A DNA stretch of 64,000 nucleotides from a virus: positions 32,001 through 96,000 of IMG/VR virus record IMGVR_UViG_3300042503_001836. The stretch is one strand, 5' to 3'. This document shows positions 58,101 through 64,000 of the stretch, piece by piece. The first letter of the stretch is position 1, and each line of letters opens with the position of its first letter. The notes beneath the pieces are model-generated. The model had not been told where the DNA came from. It saw nothing but the letters and a program-made list of their open reading frames with translations, and made no database searches. A program made the translations under genes and the position numbers.

Positions 58101-59033
58101 CTAAACTAAATTGATTTGAGAATACAACGCAGTCAATTGACCATCTATGTAGGGAAGTCGGTTTAGATAAACGTCGGTATCTATGTATAAACCGAAATTT
58201 TGACTTTCTCTGTATAACAAGTCAATGGGAATAGATGGGGAAAGCATACCTAAATTATCAGGTAAACTTGTGGATACACCTAAAGGCATACCTAAAGGAA
58301 CAGATACAGCAGCCGCGCTAATAGTAACTACATCAGTAGCAGTATTAACAGCAGAGATAGTCCCTACCGTAGTATTTGGTGCAAGATTAGCAGCCGAAGC
58401 AGTAACAGTACCATTAGTAGCAGTATCAGCCGCAGCTAAACTATATACACTGGTAAAATCTTTAGCCCACAAAACAATATCTGTGCTAGTGCCAGAACCA
58501 GCTATAGCTAAACCACTAACTAAACTAGATAGATAAGGATTAGCATTGATGGCTACGATTAGCTTATTAGCTACATTGGTGTTAGTTGCAGTCAAAGATC
58601 CGCCACTATCACCACTAACAACGGTATAAACTAAAGCTTGTCCGTTGATGGTTAATGTGACAGTATCACCAGCAGCCCAACCACCACTAGTAGAAGCAAC
58701 GTTAATCCGTGCAGATGGGGGAATAATAGAGAGGACATCGCCAGGTATAAAAATACCCGCAGTACCAGATTTAAAGGTAACGCTTGTACCACTGGCAGCA
58801 GTGGCAGCAACGGTTGTCATGCGTGGTAAAATCCGAGCTTTTGCAGAACCAGGAATACTACCAGCAAAAAAACCAGGGGCGAAAATCTTGACCAGTTTTC
58901 TAATAGCACCTTCTTTACCAGTGACATAGTCAGGATCTAAAGATTGATAGCGAGTAGCAATAGCCTCGGATCTAGCTAGTACAGGTAAAAACCCTGATAA
59001 CTCGTCATCGTAAACGTAAGTTTCGTGTCTCAT
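58101..59033 (-). CDS. head decoration protein
   Basis: Between protease and MCP; PG...G N-terminus, VYLNRLP C-terminus, Ala/Thr-rich insert. Confidence 0.65.
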   Translation of the reverse strand: MRHETYVYDDELSGFLPVLARSEAIATRYQSLDPDYVTGKEGAIRKLVKIFAPGFFAGSIPGSAKARILPRMTTVAATAASGTSVTFKSGTAGIFIPGDVLSIIPPSARINVASTSGGWAAGDTVTLTINGQALVYTVVSGDSGGSLTATNTNVANKLIVAINANPYLSSLVSGLAIAGSGTSTDIVLWAKDFTSVYSLAAADTATNGTVTASAANLAPNTTVGTISAVNTATDVVTISAAAVSVPLGMPLGVSTSLPDNLGMLSPSIPIDLLYRESQNFGLYIDTDVYLNRLPYIDGQLTALYSQINLV

Positions 59034-59044
59034 TTTTTATAACC

Positions 59045-60241
59045 TTACATAAAGATAGGTGATTGATTTACAGTTTTAAGCAATTCCGCCGCATGGGATT
59101 CAATCTGTTTAGAATCAATTTGTCCAGGATTAGAAACTGGTTCTTTCACAGATTGTTCAAGATTGATTAGCGGTTTAGCTCGTTTTTCAATCAAACTTAA
59201 GTGAAAATCAATATAGCCAAGTTTGTCGGTTTGGGACTTAGTATGAATCTCAATATCCTCACTGGGAACAGTAGAGAATAATTCATTGAACTCACTACCG
59301 GACAATTTAGCTTGAGATACTAAATCTTCTGCTTTTTGACGTAAATCATAGTAACGACTAGCTACTAATTCTTTTTTCTCAAAATTAGAAATGATTTCAG
59401 CTTTTTGTTCTAAGAGCCATTCAAACTGTTTAACTTGTTCAGCTAACTTACCATTTTCGCTAACTAGGATTTGTTGTTTAGCTTGCAGGTTGCTATTTTC
59501 ACTAATTAAAACTTCCTGTTTAGATTTTAGGGAAGCATTAATATTGTTAGCCTCTGATAATGCAGACTTAGTAGATGCTAACTCTAATTCTAAGGATTTA
59601 GTATCAGGTTGATTCATGGTTTTTTCTTGTAATTGTGGATAAAAATTGGGGTTTCCATCAATAGTTACATTGTCTAGTTCCACAAAAGATTTACCATAAC
59701 CCACTGTAGGATCTGAGGGTATATCTTCTGATGAAATTTCAAATAAAACTATTTTTGTGGCTTCTAAAAGTGCTTTTTTAGTTATCTTTCTATAACCATC
59801 TTCATCAATAGAATATTCAGCAGGCGTAATAACCTTGTATTCTTCTACCATGTAGCCAAAGCTAATTCCGCCGCAAGTTCCATCTTCAATATCGGATATA
59901 AATTGATCGGCTAAAGCATTTTTAGATAACTTTGTTATGCAAGTACCTTTCTCACCATCTAAAGATACACTTCTAATAATGCCGATCTTCTGACCACGAG
60001 CATGGTTTTTAAGGAAAGGACAAGCATTGCTAGTAACTCTAGTCAGATCCCAAGCTTCAGGATCATGGGATAGGTACTCATCAAAGATAACGCTTGCGCC
60101 ATCTGGAAGTTCTGAGTAACTATATCTTTCACAGATATTACTTTTAGAAGTAAAGGAAAAACCGACAGTTCTTTCTTCACGGTTCAATTGTAAATCTGTA
60201 GATAAAAATTTAGTTAATAACGATTTATTTTTTGTAGCCAT
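59045..60241 (-). CDS. prohead protease plus scaffold
   Basis: PFLKNH, ISFGY.V, FEISSEDIPSDPTVG; coiled-coil C-terminus. Confidence 0.88.
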   Translation of the reverse strand: MATKNKSLLTKFLSTDLQLNREERTVGFSFTSKSNICERYSYSELPDGASVIFDEYLSHDPEAWDLTRVTSNACPFLKNHARGQKIGIIRSVSLDGEKGTCITKLSKNALADQFISDIEDGTCGGISFGYMVEEYKVITPAEYSIDEDGYRKITKKALLEATKIVLFEISSEDIPSDPTVGYGKSFVELDNVTIDGNPNFYPQLQEKTMNQPDTKSLELELASTKSALSEANNINASLKSKQEVLISENSNLQAKQQILVSENGKLAEQVKQFEWLLEQKAEIISNFEKKELVASRYYDLRQKAEDLVSQAKLSGSEFNELFSTVPSEDIEIHTKSQTDKLGYIDFHLSLIEKRAKPLINLEQSVKEPVSNPGQIDSKQIESHAAELLKTVNQSPIFM

Positions 60242-60379
60242 AAAGTGAAAATTTTTATAACTACAACCATACTAGCAACAATAATATATATTTTCATATT
60301 AGTATTAGTGAAAACCACCAATAACCGCGATTTTCACCAATATTCATGTATAATAATCAATGAAGTTACAATTTAAAAT

Positions 60380-60643
60380 ATGACTATTATCACGGATGCC
60401 AATGTTTATGATAACCTCACAGCAGAAGAAAAAATAGGGATACACATTTTTATCTGTAGAGAACAGAAAAATATGTCTAGGAAACAGTTGGCCTCTAAAG
60501 TAGGAAAAACTGTAGAAGTCATATCTGCAATTGAAAACTTGTTTCAGCATCGCGAATCTAGAAGACAATCAATTGCCTATAGCGAAATTGAAGCTATAGC
60601 ACGCGCCTTAGATATACCTATAAATCAAATTCTCCCTAAATGA
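60380..60643 (+). CDS. XRE-family HTH protein
   Basis: REQKNMSRKQLASKVG...ISAIEN...IARALDI. Confidence 0.85.
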   Translation: MTIITDANVYDNLTAEEKIGIHIFICREQKNMSRKQLASKVGKTVEVISAIENLFQHRESRRQSIAYSEIEAIARALDIPINQILPK

Positions 60644-60644
60644 T

Positions 60645-62048
60645 ATGTACGACATTACCCCCAACTCTCTAAAACTAAGCTGGGAAAATGCTCTCAGCTT
60701 TGAATCCTCTTATGTTGCCCAAAACTACTACGGTGGTGTAGATGAGAAAGGCAACAGAAACCAAATTAACCAAGTTACTAAAACCCAGACACTCTCTTTA
60801 GTAGTCCCTAGAGATGATGAATATTTAGAAATAGATAATTTTCTTACCACTAACTTAGGACAACCCATAATTTTTAACGGTGCATTATATTGCTGTGAGT
60901 CTTTTAAATGGACTTGTCAGAATATGCAAGTATTCACATTAGAACTGAGTTTAGTCCAGGTTTTCCGTCCCGACGTTACAGACCGTGATAAGCTAAAAAT
61001 TAAATATTTCCCCTTAACACTTATTGCAGACTTTAAAGCTGCCCGTCAATATAATTATGGTACTTTAACAGATACATTAACTACACCTAACGGTACTTAT
61101 CCAGGTAACAATGCTTTTTATGGTGGTGTATTGCTATCAAACAATAGAGTATTTTGTATACCGTTTAAGTCAACAACGGCGAGAATATATAATTCATCTA
61201 CAGACACATTAACTACTCCTAGCGGCACTTATCCAGGTAATGATGCTTTTGCAGGAGGTGTTTTACTACCTGATGGACGGGTATTCTGTATACCTTACAA
61301 TGCCACAACAGCTAAAATATACAACGCTACTACTGACAGCTTAACCACACCTAATGGCACTTACCCAGGAGGACAATCCTTCTATGGTGGCGTACTATTA
61401 CCAGACGGACGAGTATTTTGTGTACCGTTTAGATCCACAACAGCAAGAATATACGATCCAACCACTAACACATTAATTACACCAAGAGGAACTTATCCAG
61501 GAAACGCCGCTTTTGCAGGTGGCGTACTGATGCTAGATGGTAGAGTGTTTTGTATACCATTTAATTCCACAACAGCTAGAATATACGATCCATCAACAGA
61601 TACAGTAACTACACCTAATGGTACTTACCCAGGTGGAGGTGCTTTTATCGGTGGTGTACTATTACCAGACGGACGAGTATTCTGTGTATCATTTAATTCA
61701 CCCACTGCAAGAATCTATGATCCAACTACTAACACGCTAATCACGTCTAATAATGACTTTACTGGTAACAGTTCTTTTCTTGGTGGCGTATTGTTGCCTG
61801 ATAGTAGAGTATTTTGTATCCCACATAATGCTACTAGTGCAAGAATATATAACTCTGTGAGTGATACTGCAATTGTACCTAGTGGTGTTTATGCGGGTAG
61901 TGGTGCTTTTGCAGGTGGTGTGTTATTGGCTGACGGTAGAGTGTTCTGTGTTCCGCACAATTCGACTACTGCAAGGATCTATGGATCTGCTCTATCACCA
62001 AATCTGCCAATGGGAAGGACACATTCTGCATTTGATAATAAACTTTAA
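60645..62048 (+). CDS. gpM-like minor tail domain fused to a 7-repeat beta-propeller
   Basis: N-terminal EIDNFL...YCCESFKW...LVQVFRP; seven 44-aa GGVLLPDGRVFC.P repeats (61068-61991). Confidence 0.7.
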   Translation: MYDITPNSLKLSWENALSFESSYVAQNYYGGVDEKGNRNQINQVTKTQTLSLVVPRDDEYLEIDNFLTTNLGQPIIFNGALYCCESFKWTCQNMQVFTLELSLVQVFRPDVTDRDKLKIKYFPLTLIADFKAARQYNYGTLTDTLTTPNGTYPGNNAFYGGVLLSNNRVFCIPFKSTTARIYNSSTDTLTTPSGTYPGNDAFAGGVLLPDGRVFCIPYNATTAKIYNATTDSLTTPNGTYPGGQSFYGGVLLPDGRVFCVPFRSTTARIYDPTTNTLITPRGTYPGNAAFAGGVLMLDGRVFCIPFNSTTARIYDPSTDTVTTPNGTYPGGGAFIGGVLLPDGRVFCVSFNSPTARIYDPTTNTLITSNNDFTGNSSFLGGVLLPDSRVFCIPHNATSARIYNSVSDTAIVPSGVYAGSGAFAGGVLLADGRVFCVPHNSTTARIYGSALSPNLPMGRTHSAFDNKL

Positions 62049-62053
62049 CACAT

Positions 62054-64000
62054 CTAACTAAAAGGATTGTGGATCTTACCACCAACAAAGCTACTACGCG
62101 GAGTAGATTCTTGTAACTCACCAAAAGCACCATCAGCACTATCCACAATATCGTTAGTCAGTGGTTTCTTACTACCATCAAATTCATGTAACGCCGCTAA
62201 AAATTGATCATTCCACGCACCCCTAAATAGTTTCACCTTTCCATCTTTAGCAGCAATAGCTAAAGGCATAGCGCGTGTTACTTTATCACCTAACGGCTTA
62301 ACACCTCTAGCATCAAATCCTACTAACTGCCGTTTAAGCGATGACTCGTAACGTTTGCCAGCACTACCGCCTTCTAATTCCCAGCGCACCTTACAAGCAG
62401 TTCCATCTTGTTGCGCGATTTTCAAAACTGAATTATCTCCGTCATCCGCCGATACCTGTTCCCAAAAACAATCAAGTACATAATAGATACCTTGGTATAG
62501 CTTGATTTTAGTCCGTACACTGTAGAAACTACTTTTTGACGCTGTAGCCGACGACGTAGCGGCAAAGTCCCAAAAAGCCACAGTTTGACCACCAGCCGGA
62601 ACAGAGTTAACCACTTCAAACCAATGACGATTAAATATAGTACCCGCTTCATATTTAATTTTCCAATTACCTTTTAATAGTCGCTCCATCTCCACAGGAT
62701 GCAATGATAAAAGGTTTTGCAGATACTGAGGATTAGATTCTAATAGATGCGGATTATCATATACAGTCCCCTTGATAAAAGTAAAACTTTTTGGTGGTGC
62801 GATCGCTGCCAAGTCTGGAAATTGATCCATTAATTCCTGTTCTGTATCACCCCAATGAATCTCACCATTGATCCGGTAAAAATACCTCAAAACTCCCGAT
62901 CTTTCTTCGATAGGGTAGCCAGTATCTTGATCAATGTACCAAGCTACTAACTTTGCTACCCATGAATCGGCATCAGGGTTACAAGTTGCATCAATACGAG
63001 GTCTAACGCCACAGGTTGATCTATTCCGTGAGAACAAAAACCAGAATTGACGCTCTGTAAATTTTGTTAACTCGTCAAAGCCAAGATGACATATCTGTGA
63101 ACCTGGATATTTATCCTCAACATCTTTTTCATATTGAGCGTGTCCAAAACTGATAGCACTACCAGTAGGAAAAACCCAGTCTAGTTGATATTCTCTAGCT
63201 TGGGCTTTAGGAATTAATTTATATAAATTTCTTGACTCATCCCATAACCCGCCTTCGTTAGTTATCTCAGGTCGAGTCCGTCTTAGAATAACAGAGCCAT
63301 AACCCGGTACTTTTAAGAATTTAGACGCTTTTAAGAGCATTGAAAAGCTGTTATGGGTGACGTTATATCCGTCGGTAATGTAAAGATGATTAGGATTAGA
63401 GACAGTAATACAGCGACAGTAAACTTTTTTACCTAACTTTTCAATATTTGTAATAGCCTTCCCAACCCAAATATTAGGCTCATGACTCATTGCCGCTTCT
63501 ATTTTGCGAGGCAAGCTAAATAAACGGTGGCGATTGTTACCCTCAACTGATACTATATAAGCCATCCGTTTTTCACCTTCATAACCTTTGGTATAGCAAA
63601 CACCTTGCTTTTGGCGAATCTTAGCAATAAAACCTAATGACCTCACTAAATTAGCTACGTCTTCCGCTAATTCTAGTGATACTGTGCAATAAGAAACCTC
63701 ATTTTTTTCCACAGTTGCAGTTGCGGCATAGCCATCAGTGTCAAACAAACCTTGAGCTAAATTCCATCTAAACCCTAATGATTCCTTCAAATAACCTTTA
63801 GGAATAAATTTCTCATGAGAATATTTGCCCATTAGTCCAGTATTAACAGCCCAATTCCTTACCCAGTCATCCTTAATAGTTATATACGCAAAGTAAGGTT
63901 GCTGACTTTGTTCTGACTTATCTCTAATACTGTACTTCTCTAATAGCGATAAACATCTTTCTTGTATCCAAATATCCGCAGTACAAAAACCAATCCCATT
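62054..64000 (-). CDS. terL: terminase large subunit (5' part outside window), intein-containing
   Basis: ILRRT, FDELTKF Walker B, ATCNP, WDFAAT nuclease, DIVDS; frame open to the window edge. Confidence 0.9.
   Translation of the reverse strand, partial: NGIGFCTADIWIQERCLSLLEKYSIRDKSEQSQQPYFAYITIKDDWVRNWAVNTGLMGKYSHEKFIPKGYLKESLGFRWNLAQGLFDTDGYAATATVEKNEVSYCTVSLELAEDVANLVRSLGFIAKIRQKQGVCYTKGYEGEKRMAYIVSVEGNNRHRLFSLPRKIEAAMSHEPNIWVGKAITNIEKLGKKVYCRCITVSNPNHLYITDGYNVTHNSFSMLLKASKFLKVPGYGSVILRRTRPEITNEGGLWDESRNLYKLIPKAQAREYQLDWVFPTGSAISFGHAQYEKDVEDKYPGSQICHLGFDELTKFTERQFWFLFSRNRSTCGVRPRIDATCNPDADSWVAKLVAWYIDQDTGYPIEERSGVLRYFYRINGEIHWGDTEQELMDQFPDLAAIAPPKSFTFIKGTVYDNPHLLESNPQYLQNLLSLHPVEMERLLKGNWKIKYEAGTIFNRHWFEVVNSVPAGGQTVAFWDFAATSSATASKSSFYSVRTKIKLYQGIYYVLDCFWEQVSADDGDNSVLKIAQQDGTACKVRWELEGGSAGKRYESSLKRQLVGFDARGVKPLGDKVTRAMPLAIAAKDGKVKLFRGAWNDQFLAALHEFDGSKKPLTNDIVDSADGAFGELQESTPRSSFVGGKIHNPFS
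63350..64000 (-). mobile_element. intein (C-terminal part) with LAGLIDADG endonuclease in terL
   Basis: LAQGLFDTDG block; RCITV...HLYITDGYNVTHN|S splice junction, at the position expected for the Walker A Ser. Confidence 0.9.

Noticed and set aside
61068-61991. Regular 132-bp DNA periodicity as a non-coding array
   Set aside because: Fully explained by in-frame 44-aa protein repeats with synonymous variation.

Overview
AT-rich segment of a large, probably temperate, long-tailed (siphovirus-like) phage of a cyanobacterium. Host clues are a cyanobacterial-type IS200/IS605 element, an XisF-like serine recombinase and four HIP1 GCGATCGC sites. The left part (1-23.5 kb) carries nucleotide-metabolism genes (dUTPase, ThyX, Tmk, intein-containing class II RNR), a large serine recombinase with a candidate attP, a tnpA/tnpB element, HU, two tandem beta-clamp-like genes, a DNA methyltransferase and many small genes behind a repeated sigma70-type promoter. 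The right part (26-64 kb, mostly minus strand) is the virion module: lambda-like tail-tip genes, three paralogous fibre cassettes, a displaced portal fused to a head-morphogenesis domain, a 5050-aa tape measure with several cell-wall enzyme domains, a frameshifted tail chaperone, tail, capsid and protease genes, and an intein-containing terminase running off the window. The most striking feature lies in the ORF-free gap at 24.2-25.3 kb. It is a ~0.9-kb, promoter-driven, hairpin-rich RNA resembling GOLLD that carries a 37-nt CRISPR-type repeat in its central linker, with a second, solitary copy of the repeat plus a spacer-like segment and terminator just upstream. No cas genes are present in the window. 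All family assignments come from motif recognition by eye, not from database searches.
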